From: Octopus sinensis
Lineage: Eukaryota
DNA length: 64,000 bases
Direction of reading: 5' to 3'
NCBI RefSeq assembly: GCF_006345805.1
Contig: NC_043017.1
Location: forward strand, 868,001 to 932,000
The first letter of the stretch is position 1; each line of letters begins with the position of its first letter. The notes under the pieces were generated by a model that was not told where the DNA came from, made no database searches, and was given only the letters and a program-made list of their open reading frames with translations. A program made the position numbers and the translations under genes. Shown here in pieces: positions 13,199 to 28,270 of this stretch.

Positions 13199-13243
13199 TG
13201 ACGTCACGCTCATAATTACATTTGTGACTGTTACCATGGTAAA
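13199..13243. promoter_or_regulatory. CRE octamer plus RFX X-box-like palindrome
   Basis: TGACGTCA at 13199-13206 and GTTACCATGGTAAA at 13230-13243. A second TGACGTCA lies at 12325-12332. Motif match only, no functional evidence. Confidence 0.3.
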
Positions 13244-14065
13244 ATACATGATTTTGCTTTGTTTAGAGAAAAAAAGAAACAAAGAAACAAACGAACAAAA
13301 GCAATAAAAAACGTGATGTTCTTGAGAATTTCTTCAGTTTTCAAAAAAATTTAGCTTGGCTTTGTGGCTGCAGATATACTGAAGTACGTGCTGTAAGTCG
13401 AAACAGGCAATTCTCAGCCAATTCCATAGGTATCTTTTAGTATTAAAGTTTTAACTCGAAAACATCAATATCTGTTGAACGAAGAACTAAATGGAACTGC
13501 TGCTGTTAGTCAATAGAGCTTTTAAGATGTAACCACTTAGCAAATTCACTAAATCGAATTCAATAGAACAATTAAGGCCAAGAAAAACCCTTCTGTGCTT
13601 TTAATAGCGATTCCATTCAAGGACGATTTGAGGATTGCCAAAGTCTCAATCTTCTTAACATGCATTCAGCTCTGAAAAGCTGAAATCTAACTTTGGGTAT
13701 GACAAATAAATGCATAGTTTTAATTAGCTGTCAATCCTCTTAATCACTTTAATCTTTAGTCTTTCCCATCCGTTTAAATTAGCGAGATCAGTTGTACGCT
13801 AGATTATCACCGTTGAAATATGCTTTTGCTTGTGTAATCATGAGATTGCGGCCATACTGTGGCATCATCCTGAAGGGTGTAAAATCAATCAAATCAACCT
13901 CAATATCTATTCTTTTAAGTAAAGTCTAGTACTCAGCCTATAGTAATCTTTTCCTCAACATTTCATTGGCAAGAACGTAAACGAACCTATAGCGGTTGTC
14001 AAACGGCGTGGGAGTAAACAGAATGAAATACACGCGCGATCGCAGGTCCGTACCGTTGGTTAGAT

Positions 14066-14220
14066 ACTCTTTTATTTGTTTCAGTCATTTGATTGTGGCC
14101 ATGCTGGAGCACCGCCTCTTAATCGAATAAATCGACCCTAGGACTTATTTTTTGTAAGCCTAGGACTTATTCTATCGTTTTTTTGCCGAACCGCTAAGTT
14201 ACTGGAATGTAAACACATGC
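14066..14220 (-). mobile_element. composite SINE (family C) 3' module
   Basis: TTGTTTCAGTCATTTGA..GGCCATGCTGGAGCACCGCC...GCCGAACCGCTAAGTTAC, followed by a (TACA)n array. Confidence 0.85.
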
Positions 14221-14591
14221 ATATGGTTGGTTGTACAAACAAGCAAATAGAACTAAAATCATCAGTATGCATACATGCATACATACATACCTACATACAT
14301 ACATACACACATACATACATACATACATACATACATACATACATACATACGTGCATACATACATGCATATATACATACATACCACATACCTACATACATG
14401 CATACACACATACATACATACATACATACATACATACATACATACATACATACATACATGTATATATACATATCCCCAGCGCAATTAGCAGCCCATCGGC
14501 AAATACATGAAGCATAAACGTTAAGTACATGTAGGTAATGATATTTATTTTTCTGGAGTTGCTTCTGTTTCATATCTATCTCTATTCTTAC

Positions 14592-14784
14592 CTAAACATT
14601 TGCCCGGCATAACCTTACACGGTTTCGCATGAGCACATAAGAGTATATTCGTGGACTGGCGAGGTAATACGCATCTGATCTTGCCATGAACGTAATTCTG
14701 ACAAGCCACGAAAATGGCAAAACATCGATGTCCATCACTCGTAGCAATGATTGAAGGAGATTTTTGTCTCGCCCGTCCATGACA
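14592..14784 (-). CDS. weak candidate exon
   Basis: Unique island ending in a strong donor TAG|GTAAGA at 14592/14591. A phase 0 to phase 1 frame is open and is phase-compatible with 6960-7072. The peptide is not recognisable. Confidence 0.15.
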
Positions 14785-14888
14785 CTGAGGATTTTACGAC
14801 CGATGCTTTTTAGAGAGTATATACACAACATCGACAAGCAGTCCATCGAAAAATACACGAACCATATACGTTAAGTATATGTGGTTAC

Positions 14889-14942
<54 letters not shown>

Positions 14943-15214
14943 CATATATATATACACGCGCGCGCACACACACGCACGCACGCACAGACTCAAACACATA
15001 CACACACATATATATATATATATATATACATTTCAACACGTTACTACATGCGGATTGTTGGCGATATTTTTCCTCCGTCTTTCTTTTCTCTTGGATATTT
15101 TTTGTCTCCTGTCTCTGAAGAAGAGCTTTGCTGTTTTTTCTTCTTTTTGTGGGGATTAAATTTATATATATATATGCATACACACACACTAACACAAACA
15201 TATATATATTATAA

Positions 15215-15542
15215 AAGGATCCCTCCGTCGGTTACGACGACGTGGGCCACAGCTGATACGCTCAACGGAATAGCTTGCTCGTGAAATTAATGTGCATGCC
15301 GCTGAGCCCTTCACAGACACATGTGTCCTTAACGTAGTTCTCAAGGAGATTCAACGTGACACAGAGTGTGACAAGGTTGGCCCTTTGAAATACAGGTACA
15401 ACTTTTTTTTGCCAGATGAGTGGACTGGAGCAACGTGAAATAAAGTGTGTTGCACAAGTACATCATGCGTCGCCGGGAATTGAACTCACGACCTTACAAT
15501 CATGAGCCGAATGCCCTAACAACTAAGCCATGCACCTTCACA
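15215..15542 (-). mobile_element. tRNA-derived SINE, full length (family A head)
   Basis: Minus strand starts GTGAAGGTGCATGGCTTAGTTGTTAG (A box) and GAGTTCAATTCCC (B box), followed by the shared central motif and a long tail. Confidence 0.85.
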
Positions 15543-16189
15543 TATATTATATTATTATTAACATATGTATGCTTCTATATGCGTGCGTAAATTCATACAT
15601 CTGTATATAGGATACACACGCATGCGCGCGCACACACACATCTATGTTTACGCATGTGTCTTGCGTTGATCGGGTTTTTATGTAATAGTTTATTGACGCA
15701 TTCAACTTGGAAGTAGGTGAATGCACCGTTAACGTTAACCTTGAACCATTTATATGACAGCTCTCAGACTCATGATGAGTAAAGTTGTTACTTTCGATGC
15801 TTTCATATTTGTATTGATTAGCAACACAGAATATTCTCTGGCAGGATAGATATGCACGTATTTAGAAAAACACTTTTCTGAAGACCTACATATCTATTCT
15901 GCCTGAGAAAACTGAAGCAAATCGGAAACGATGTGTCCTACATAAGAGTGCCACAAATCCAACATTGAATTCACCCCCTTTTATTTACATGTTGAAAATT
16001 TTTATCACGAAACATAAGCGCGTATTCAGCAAAGGTAAAAAGGGAAGTTGATACGATGACTCGTGAATTGCTAGAAATAGAAACCAATTTATCAATTGTT
16101 TTGCGCATTATCTTTAAAGAAGAACGTTGCTGAGTATCTGGCGATATATATTTGGCTATAATTGAGTCGTTAAGAAGCTTGCATTTCAA

Positions 16190-16490
16190 TCATGCTATTT
16201 CGGCGCTTTCGGCCAGGGACACATAATGAAGCGCCGACCCGTTGTATGTGTGTTTGTGTGTATGTGTGTGTAAGTGTATGGGTGTGTGTGTTTGCATTCG
16301 TCTCCACCCCCACAGCTGACAGCTATCGTTCCTTTGTTTACGTCCTCGAAAGTAGCAGTTCAGCACAAGTATTCGATACGGTTAAACACCAGACGGGATA
16401 AAAAATTAGTACCGGGTCCGAATTGTTTAGTGAAGCCATTCAAAGCGATGAGCAAACATGGCTACATCGCAGGGTTGAAGGAAGTAAAAA
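16190..16490 (+). mobile_element. old, diverged family-C SINE with (TG)n core
   Basis: Degenerate GAAGCGCCGACCCG-(TG)n-TTTACGTCC...TAGTACCGGG order matches the family layout. Confidence 0.55.
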
Positions 16491-16820
16491 CTATAGATCA
16501 ATATATGTGATAGAATAGTCGTTTCTGGAAACATATTCGATCCTGTCCCTACACGGTCAGCGATGTCTGGGATTTCACAAAGTCAACAATACGAACAATG
16601 CAATAAGTACGATAACTCAGAGAGACAGACGTATTCCTGATGTGAAACAGATTTGAATCGCTTCTTTATTTTTCTGTCCCAAACAGACATCAAACGTTTC
16701 AAGCGAATTCGTTACTTTATTTGGATAAAAGGAGAAACAAAAGACACGAAATAAGAAGGAAAGAAAAAGCTTTATTAAAAATGTATCAGTGTACATACAC
16801 ACATACACACATACATATAT

Positions 16821-16879
<59 letters not shown>

Positions 16880-16950
16880 TTATATATATATATCTAATGC
16901 AGATACATATGCATATATACAGCTACATACGTATGTACATACGCATAGAA

Positions 16951-16992
<42 letters not shown>

Positions 16993-17143
16993 ATATATAT
17001 TATATATATATATGTATATGTGTGTATATGTGTGTATATATGTGTATACATATATATTATATATATATATTATATATATATTATATTAAATTAGAGATAA
17101 AACCACTATTAGGCAACTCAAACATATATATATATGCCCACGG

Positions 17144-17460
<317 letters not shown>

Positions 17461-18462
17461 TGATATATATTTGCGTGTTTGTGTATACTTCTGGCGTGTG
17501 TGTGCTGGGGGTGAGTGATAATCAATTTATCAAGCAGATGCAAACAGTAAGAATTAAAAAGTAGAAAGAAAAACAACGACCAAAGACAAAAGATAAAAGA
17601 TGTAAGAAAAAAAAAGAGAGCAACGATATATGAAGGAATTTCTTTAAGACTGTGGCGATGCGACTATAAAACAATAAGATTCTGAACCATTTTCGAACGT
17701 TATCTGAAATGACAATAGAAGAAACGGAAAACAACGAGGGCGGGTGTTGATCGCAAACGCATTGACCCGATTCTTCGATGGCCAAATAGAAACAGACTTA
17801 TGTTGAGCGGATTTTCAACAAGAAAATTAGAATGTACAAACACTGGACTCGAATGTCCAGCAACGGAACATATATTTGATGTCTTTGTTTAACAACCGTT
17901 CTCTCTGTTTGGAGTCTATCCAGATCAATCATTTGAAGCAAAAACTAGGATATATATATGCCTATATGTACGTACGTATGTATGTATGTATGTATGTATG
18001 TATGTATGTATGTATGTATGTATGTATGTATGTATGTATGTATGTATGCACGCGTGCATTAGTATATAGATATAGAGTGTATACACACACACAAACACAT
18101 ATGTTCATACACATTTGTGTGTCTGTGCGCACACACACACATATATATGTGTGTGTGTGGGTATGTATACTCATACGTGTATATGGGTCTGAGAGTGTAG
18201 GAAATTATATGTCTATATATATGACTGTATATGTACGTGTAGCATGTATATATATATATGCACATATGTATATAAATAGATATGTGTATATCTATATATG
18301 TATTTATGTATGTATATTTGCATATGTATATAAATGTATATATATGTACGTGCACATTGCACATTTTCTTATCTAATTTTAATTATTCGCCTGTATAGTA
18401 TTTGTGCGTGTGTATATATATTGCTACCTTTATGCATGTGTGTGTTTGTGCGTATAAACGTA

Positions 18463-18498
<36 letters not shown>

Positions 18499-18764
18499 TG
18501 ACAATAGAAGTGTTCACCGGTTGTTACGTATCAATTTCTATAGAGATGTTCTATTGTTTTCTTCTTTTCTGTCTCCACTCATTGGACTATGGCCATCCTG
18601 GGCCATCGCCATCAAAGGTCTCTCGTGGTAACGAATATTTTAGTCATACTCTCACATATACATACACACAAACAGACATACATGCATACACACATACATA
18701 CATACTGAGCTGGGAATGTATATGATTTTACAAACACACTTGTATGTATATATGTATATATTTG

Positions 18765-18796
<32 letters not shown>

Positions 18797-18845
18797 TATG
18801 TATATATATGTATATATATATATATATTATATATAATATTATATA

Positions 18846-18883
<38 letters not shown>

Positions 18884-19059
18884 TACATATACATGTTTGC
18901 GTGTAGATGTTTGTGTGTCTGAGTGTATGTGGGTTTTACATGTGTAGTTAAAGCTAGAAATAATCAAATGTTAATAGAAAGATTACACCATTACTTAAAA
19001 GAATTCATAGTACTAACTCGAACACAACATAATGCTTTATTTCGGATTTTGACGCGTTG

Positions 19060-20340
19060 AGTGAGTTACTTTTTTCATGTTCTCCGACGAAGTTATCAAA
19101 TCTTTCTCTTGCGCGAATGCACATGCGCGCATGCAGGCAAGTATACGTATATGTACGTAAGCATGCGCACGATCAGGTGTGCCTGTATGCGTATGTGCAT
19201 GTATTCTGAGTACCTTTGTGTATGTGCGTGTATGTGCATGTCAGTGCGTTGCTGGGCTCGAGTACATCCATGTGTGCGACTGTTTACGGTTGTGCGAGCG
19301 TATGCATATGCAAGAATGCTTGTTTACGTATATTTTTATTAGTGCGCATGTATATGTGAAGCGCCTACGTGTGTACATGTGGTCTTTTTTGTGTTTTCAT
19401 GTTTGTATAGCTTCGTGTGTATGCGAGTACGGCGTGCGCGAACTCGCACACCTCCTTGTGTGATTCGGATTAAATGTGTCATAAATGCACGTTAAAACCT
19501 GAAAATTAAATGCCTGCGCCTTCTTGCTGTGCTTGTACACGTGTGCATGTGTGCTAGAATCTGTGTTCCGCAGTGTGTGTGTGTGTGTGTGTTTGCTGGT
19601 GTGTGTGTGTGTGTTTGTGCGTGTGTGCCTGCTTCTGCTCGTATGCATGTTTACATATGTGTATGCATTTTTATATGCATTTGTGTGTGTGTGTGTATGT
19701 GTACGTGTAATTGTTGTCTGTTCATTTGCCTGCTTGTTTTTTTCCGTGTATGTGTGCGGTTGTGTGTGTGTGTGTGTCTGTGTATGTACTTTTACGTACG
19801 TGTGTACATGTACTTTATACGTGTGCTTAAGATTGGAAATGCATGCGTCGTGACACGCACTGTCTGAACGTAATTTGCTCGTGTTAAGATGTTTGAGTGT
19901 GTTTATGCATCGGAATTCATGTGTGACTGTGTGCGTTCATGTATATCTTTATGCATTTCTGCGTGTATGGATAGAAACATATACGTCTTCACACGCTCGT
20001 TTCGAAAGTGATACTTAATTACGCGTACGTGTGTAGTAGTGTGTATACATATGTTTGTATATGATTTGTGCATCTAAGCATGCGTCAATGTATGTCATTG
20101 TGTATTCATGGGTTTGTTTGCATTTGCTGGTATATATATAAGCATGGGCGTACCCGCACACATATGTGGGTATCATGTGTCTTAATACGCTGGTTTCAGA
20201 CCTGTTACGTAAATGTGCGTACTTGTGTAGATGCACGTGTACATGTAACTTTATATGAGTGTGTCTGTTCACTATTCACGACTGGGATGGTTTATATGTG
20301 TGTGTGTGTGTATTTATTTATTTGTATGTGTGTGTTTATT
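19060..20340. repeat. 1.3-kb decayed alternating purine-pyrimidine (TG/TA/CG) tract
   Basis: Continuous degenerate RY alternation (tgcatg, tacgta, gtgtgc). The ORFs across it are CV/HT repeats. Confidence 0.8.
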
Positions 20341-20915
<575 letters not shown>

Positions 20916-21454
20916 GAGTTACGTATGCTTACGTACACACGCATGTGTGTCTATGTTTAACAGAGAGCATGCCGCTTGACATGTCAGCTGGGAATGCGGA
21001 ATATATTTGTACCAGTATCTTTGCGCATGTACATCGATTTGTATGTGACTGATTGCGTGTATGTCTATTTGCGTATGTGTCAGTATGCGTATGTATATGT
21101 CCGCGCCCGACGGCATGTGCGTTTCTATCTGTATGTACGTGTGTATGTCTCGTTGACTTTGTTGTTCCACATCAAATATCGTACGACGTGGCTGCGTTTT
21201 TATTTTACCTATATAACGCAACGAAAGTAACACTTGGCACCGCTGTCTCGCGTGACGCTGCAGGTTTCCCGCTTTGAACAGAAGCGAAACGTGCCACGCA
21301 CCTCACCGATTTCTAGCACTCGACTTCAGCGTGCAGCAAGTTTGTGTGCATGTGTGCATTTCGGTGCACGCATATGTTGCATCTCTGAATAATGCATGTC
21401 AGTCTTATACACACAATATAGATATATATAATATATATATATGTATGTATGTAT

Positions 21455-21540
<86 letters not shown>

Positions 21541-22012
21541 ATATATGTGTGTGTGTATATATATTAATTTGTATGTGTGTGTATGTATGCATGTATACTT
21601 GTGTTTGTGCATGTGTGCTTGTGCATAACTGTGTTTGTAAATATATTTCGGTTCGATTCAGAAATCAATATCTTGGTTAGGGTGAGAAGAAATCAAAATG
21701 AAGAAAGAAGAAAAAAAAATACAAAATAGAAAAAAAAAGCGCCATTTTTTTCTTCATATGAAACGTTCATTGAACTGAGAACCTGAAGTTAGATTCGCAA
21801 CAAAACGCATCGAGAATGTCGTCTTTCTCGTTTCAGGAATTTTATTATTTACTTTTCAATGACAATTATTTTTTCAGATTAAGTATCGCTGTTTCATTAA
21901 GTAGCTCACATTGCAATCCCACGTGGTTCCACAGTGTCATCGTGACGCATCTCAGACAAGTGTTTTCTACTATAGCCAGCACCCGGCTGGACCAATGTGG
22001 GTGAGTTTGGTA

Positions 22013-22055
<43 letters not shown>

Positions 22056-22069
22056 ATATATATATATAT

Positions 22070-22250
22070 CTTCTACTTGTTTCAGTCATTTGTCTGCGCC
22101 CATGGTGGTGCACCGCCTTTAGTCGAGCAAATCGACCCCAGGACTTATCTTTGGAAGCCTAGTACTTATTCTATCGGTCACTCTTTTGCCGAACCGCAAA
22201 GTTACGGGCGCGTAAACATGCCACCATCTGTTGTGAAGTGAAGAGGTCAC
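22070..22250 (-). mobile_element. family-C SINE 3' module
   Basis: Same consensus as 14066. A diverged plus-strand head lies at about 21890-21992 and a diverged plus-strand module at about 22590-22735. Confidence 0.85.
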
Positions 22251-23269
22251 AGATGTGTGACGAAAGATTTCCGAGCAATGGACAACGGTGAAAATAAAAA
22301 CAGTAACAAACAAATGATGAACGAATATATAGTACATACATACATACACACATACAAACATACATACATAAACACATACACACATACATACATACATACA
22401 TACATACATACATACATACATACATACATACATACGTACATACACACACACACAGAAGCACATATGTATATTTTCTCTTTACTAGTTTCAGCTGGTGAGC
22501 TGAGCCCATGCTGGGGCATCGCCGTTAAAAGTTACTCAGAAATGGTAGACATTGTGTTTGTGTTTCTCTTCTTATCTCTCGCGCTTGAGAAAATGGTGCT
22601 GGGTTGTTTACGACCCTTTGACCTAGTGCTTCGAGAAACAGAAAACAATAGAATAAGTGTTGCGACTACACTATTCATAACGCTACTCCAGCATGGCCGC
22701 TGTCCAATGACTAAAACAAGAAAAGCACAGAGAAAGATGCCAGGAAATAAAATAATTTCTCCTAAATTGCTGCTAAATCAGATCGAACACAGAACCAGAG
22801 AGTTACAAAGGAAACCATTGAAGTGCACAGCTCCGCTTGCACCACGTGTACTCCTGGAAAGACTATAGCGAGAGAAACTGCTAGTAGAACAGAAAGACAC
22901 TCATCTTCGTAAATAATCATTAAATACACAGTGGAAGCGAATTGTATTACGATGGCAATTTCCTCTGGCATTTAAAGAATTTCATTTTTTTTCTCCGTTT
23001 TTATTGTATATATATATATATATATTTTTATCTTGCTTTTTGTGTTTTGTGTATTCTTTGTCATCTTAAGAATGAGAATTGCCATTCCGTTGTGAAATAA
23101 TTAGAAATATTGGCAAATAGAGTTATCTAGTGTTACAATTGCATTTATCAGAACTAAAAACCTAAATAGACATTATGGTTGAGATTTGTGCTGAGATAAT
23201 CGATAGTTATCGACTGATGGAGTTGATAGAGGATCCTAGGTGTCAACTAGGTTGGTCATAGAAAGAGAG

Positions 23270-23520
23270 CATGTTTAAACACGCTGATAGATATATGTGT
23301 TGAATATGTAGATAAAAAGCCAGTGTGATGAGTATATAGATAGAAATACACGGTGTTGAATATGTAAATGTAAAGATAATGTGTTCAATATACAGATAAG
23401 AGGACAGGGTGTTCAATATGTAGATATAAAGATAGGGTGTTGCAGAAGTAGATACAAAGAAAGAGTGTTGGATAGGTGGATAGAGAGACAGGGTGTTGAA
23501 CGAGTAGAGACAAATATAAA
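23270..23520. repeat. degenerate minisatellite, unit about 27-29 bp
   Basis: Recurring (G)GGTGTTGAATATGTAGATA-like units. Confidence 0.75.
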
Positions 23521-24162
23521 TGATGATTAGATGGAGAGATAACGTGAGCGTAAGTTGTCTGAAGAACCTGACACAGTGTGTAATGGTGGCGGCAAGGTGG
23601 ATTATATGTCTACTCTTTTACGCTTTTATTTGTTTCAGGCATTTGGCTGCGGTCATGCTGGAGCATCGCCTTTAGTCGAGCAAATCGACCCCAGGACTTA
23701 TTCTTTGTAAGCCTAGTACTTATTCTATCGGTCTTTTTTGCCGAACCACTAGATCACGAGAGACGTAAACAGACCAGCATCTCCCGCTCCTGGAAAGACT
23801 ATAGCGAGAGATGCTGGTACTAGGCTTACAAAGAATAAGTCCTGGGGTCGATTTGCTCGACTAAAGGCGATGCTCCAGCATGACCGCAGTCAAATGCCTG
23901 AAACAAATAAAAGCGTAAAAGAGTAGACATATAATCCACCTTGCCGCCACCATTACACACTGTGTCAGGTTCTTCAGACAACTTACGCTCACGCTCTCTC
24001 TCCATCTAATCATCATTTATATTTGTCTCTACTCGTTCAACACCCTGTCTCTCTATCCACCTATCCAACACTCTTTCTTTCTATCTACTTCTGCAACACT
24101 CTATCTTTATATCTACATATTGAACACCCTGTCCTCTTATCTGTATATTGAACACATTATCT
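23374..24162. repeat. 346-bp inverted duplication with a complex 97-bp spacer
   Basis: 23374-23719 is the reverse complement of 23817-24162, with about 5 mismatches counted by eye. It includes part of a family-C SINE module (23612-23782). Confidence 0.95.
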
Positions 24163-24288
24163 CTCTTAAAAAAATATCTTTTGATAAGCATACAAATGCG
24201 CAACCGGTAAAAAGAACTTTCACCTAATTAAATACACTCTCCCTTACTTAAATTATTTTGTCTGCATTTTCTTCATTTTCTTCATTTC

Positions 24289-24372
<84 letters not shown>

Positions 24373-25222
24373 TTGTAAACGCATGCAAATATGTCTGTGC
24401 ACAATGAAGTATTACAACTGGGGAATAAGAAAAAAAAAAAAAAACACCGCAGTTAAAATTTGCCATAATCACGACAGAAATACCGAAATGACAAAATATG
24501 AAAACAACACCAACATCAGTCTCAGTAGTTGTGAAAAAAAAAATCTGCCTAAAGATTTTTTCTTTCTTTCTAAATGTGAGATAATACCGAAAAAATATAT
24601 TATAAAGTAAGGAATAAACATATAACTCAATTTAATATTCTGAAAAGGAAACTTAAATTAATTTTACTTTCACAATTTAATTTTAAAACGAGGCTCTTTT
24701 ATAGACTGTATTAAACTGTCGTCTGCTTTATCAATCAAAGTCAACGTGTATTTCACAAGGTATTCGGAACAAATTAGAACGGATGTTTAAGGAAATTATC
24801 AATATTGTATCTGCAAGAGAACGAGTGCAGTATATCGATGTTGGATTAATAAGATGAGGGGGCCAACTGGTTTAATTATTCTTACTCAATGCAATGCAGG
24901 TTTTACCCTTTGAATTTTATTAACCAGCACAAAATGGCCGGCATTTAGGCTTCGTGCTCGCCAACGTTATTAATTTCCGCTACAGCGTTGTAGAAACTTT
25001 ATAAACAAGAAGAATCGATTGTGTTCCTGAAAGTTAACACGTGATATGTGCTAAAGAAGACAGCGGTTCCTTGAAATTGGATATTCTTAACGAAAACACG
25101 CGAAGAGTGAATGTGCGTGTGTTGTGTGAACATAGATGTCTATAGAAAATACCAAATGTATTATGTATCATGCTATTCTTTTTTATCGTCTTTAAAGTTA
25201 ACATGAAAACTGAGTGTATATA

Positions 25223-25255
<33 letters not shown>

Positions 25256-25317
25256 GGGTGTGTGTGTATAAATGTGTCTACATATATAATTTATACATAT
25301 ATATGTATGTAAGTATA

Positions 25318-25349
<32 letters not shown>

Positions 25350-25469
25350 CGTATGTATTTATATATGTATGTCCATATGTAATAAAATGCATACGCGTAT
25401 ATGCTTATATCTGTCTTTCTATCTATTTATTCACACAGACACACAGAAACATACACGCACGCACGCGCG

Positions 25470-25505
<36 letters not shown>

Positions 25506-25754
25506 CGTTAGAAAGAGAATATGAAATTCACGTGAAACTATTACTCATAAGTATTGTTTCGACACACCCTTCATCGATCCCTCCCGGGAGTGAAACTGCA
25601 TCTCGTTCTGCTGCATCTCTCGGCGCTCGTCGTGTCTCGTCAGGTGACGTAATAACAGGCACGTTCTTGAATGAACTAATTTTTACTCGGATTTAGTACG
25701 CCATGTTATTAGTGTCCGTAAGTCAAGGCTGCTGGACTGGAATATCTATATTTA

Positions 25755-25808
<54 letters not shown>

Positions 25809-27029
25809 ACTGATGTAATACTTACATTGTTTAATTAAATGAAGTATCATGGATCGATTGTACTACACTACCTTTGGATATCCTTGTTGCTTATTTTGAT
25901 TATATAAATATATATATGTATATTATTCTAAAACAATAATGTTAGTGCCTGCGAGCATAAAAAAAACGTATACACAAATTTAATGATTATATATACGATA
26001 AAAATATAAATATAAATAAATAAATATATGTATGTATGTATTTGCGTGTCGCTCTAAGTATATCTATCACTCATTGTATCATTTTATCTCTCTTTCGTAG
26101 CGGGTTAAGGATTGAAGGTAGAAAGACGGAAACTCTGAAGAGCATCCTTTGTGGATATCTACACATTATATATATATATAGACATACATGTATGTACTTA
26201 TATATACAGTTACTTGCACAAAAGAAATGTTTGTCGTGGAATTTAAAGATTTGCATTACTAAATATGTAAGATTTCCATCGTTACGGAGCCGTTAAGCGT
26301 TGTTGCTTTGTAAATATGGCTGACTACTATTAGATTATAAGCTCTCAATCCCATTGGCTATTTTAGACACCAAGGAACAATCAGCACCTTTGTGCCAGCT
26401 TGTGAATGGAATGGATCCATAAATTCACTGGTTTTCAATAGGGTTCTTTAAGACATTTGAATGTCCATATAAAATTTTGTTGTTAAAATTCATGTGAAAT
26501 AAATTGCTAATACCTTTTCATTACATCAAATATGTTATCAGTGTTGTTGCTACAATCCTTAATAATATTTAATTATAAAAATATAATCGAATTTCTTGTT
26601 ATCATCGATTGCATGGAAATGAATTAGATTGCATAAGTTCGATAAATCTTTTAATGTATATGGAGTAAATTTACCTTGACGAATGGAACGTACAATTTCC
26701 CTGTAATTCAGACCAACACATAATTACAGTAAAGATAATGAAATGAAGTGGGATATTCTTTAAACGTTGAATATTTATGAGGGTCGAGCAAGTAAAATTG
26801 GAATGAAAGGGGAACATAAAAAATGGGTGAGAAGCATTAGTCTACAACTATTGGTGTATATAGTTGACACGGTTAATTTTATGACATAGAAAATTACACG
26901 CACACACACATACATACTCATACATATATATATTCGTTAACCATATAACACAAGGCTTCTGTAATTTTTTCAATCTTTTTTGTCTTTTTTACATCCAACC
27001 ACGTGCTTTCACATACCAACCCTTTCACC

Positions 27030-27124
<95 letters not shown>

Positions 27125-27138
27125 TATATACATACATA

Positions 27139-27171
<33 letters not shown>

Positions 27172-27175
27172 TTAT

Positions 27176-27434
27176 ATCACCATGATCACCGTGACCGACC
27201 AGGCTATGAGAAGTTGCTATACATCGCTGGTCACAATGCGCTTCGCATTGTTTTAGCCTTCGAATGACGCCACCCCGCTGGCTAAGCGAGCAGGCCAACA
27301 GAAGAAAGAGTGGGAGAAAAAGTGGTGAAAGAGTACAGTAGGGATCGCCATCTCCTCACTGCCGGAGACTCGTGGAACTTCAGGTGTTTTCGCTCAATAA
27401 ACACTCACAACGCTCGGTCTGAGAATCGAAACCG
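27176..27434 (-). mobile_element. 5'-truncated tRNA-derived SINE with RTE-like (GAT)-type tail
   Basis: Minus strand begins at B-box-like GGTTTCGATTCTC and ends ...GGTCACGGTGATCATGGTGAT. Distinct body sequence from families A-C. Confidence 0.7.
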
Positions 27435-27435
27435 C

Positions 27436-28113
27436 CTTGTGAGCGGATTCGGTACACGGAAACTGAAAGAAGCCCGTCCTATGTATATAAATTGAATAAA
27501 TAGATTTAACAGGAAGAATCACGTTTAGACAGCTATTTAATAAACACCAAACACGTGTCATTACAACATAGATCCACATGTACAGATTCAAAAGTGCCAC
27601 ATGGATGTGTTAGCATCAAAGTCAAAGATTTACTTACGGGTACAACAATTATATATCACCTGAGGAGTTACAACTGTATCCCTTTACTCAGGTAAAACGT
27701 TGCTTAAAATTTAAATTCTGTGTATATGTAGATCTATGTTATATCGGAACATGTGTTGTGTTTATTAAATAGTTGTCTAGAGTTGGAATACAACCGGCTA
27801 TTTGCTAATTCTAAGAGTGAATGTGCTCTGTTTTGTACTCTAATACAATTTAAATGTATTCGTATGTGTATGTGTGTGTGTGTGTATGTCTGCATGTATA
27901 TGTTTTTGTGTCTGCGTTTGTCCCCCACACTATCGCTTGATGACTGGTGTTAGTGCATTTACGTCCCCGTATCTTAGCGGTTCAGCAAAAGCGATCTATA
28001 TAGTAAGTACTAGGCTTACAAAGAATAAGCCTTGGGATCGATTTGTTCAAGAAAATGCGGTGCTCAAGCTTGGCCGCAGACAAATAACTGAAACTAGTAA
28101 AAGAATAAAAGAA
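27436..28113 (+). mobile_element. family-C SINE interrupted by an inserted fold-back element
   Basis: GCCTTGTGAGCGGATT...GAAACTGAAAGAAGCCCGTC at 27436-27480, and the 3' module at about 27900-28113. About 370 bp of unrelated sequence lies between them. Confidence 0.75.
27526..27779. repeat. diverged fold-back element (about 68-bp arms)
   Basis: 27526-27593 pairs with 27710-27779 at roughly 75-80% identity. The spacer contains CTGAGGAG...AAAACGTT. Confidence 0.75.
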
Positions 28114-28165
28114 TATATATACATATGTATGTGTGTATCTATGTCTCTTTTTCTCTCTCTCTCTC

Positions 28166-28270
<105 letters not shown>

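Noticed and set aside
22257-22868. 203-aa ORF, one of the longer ones not purely low-complexity
   Set aside because: It reads through a (TACA)n array and a diverged SINE module; a chance open frame.
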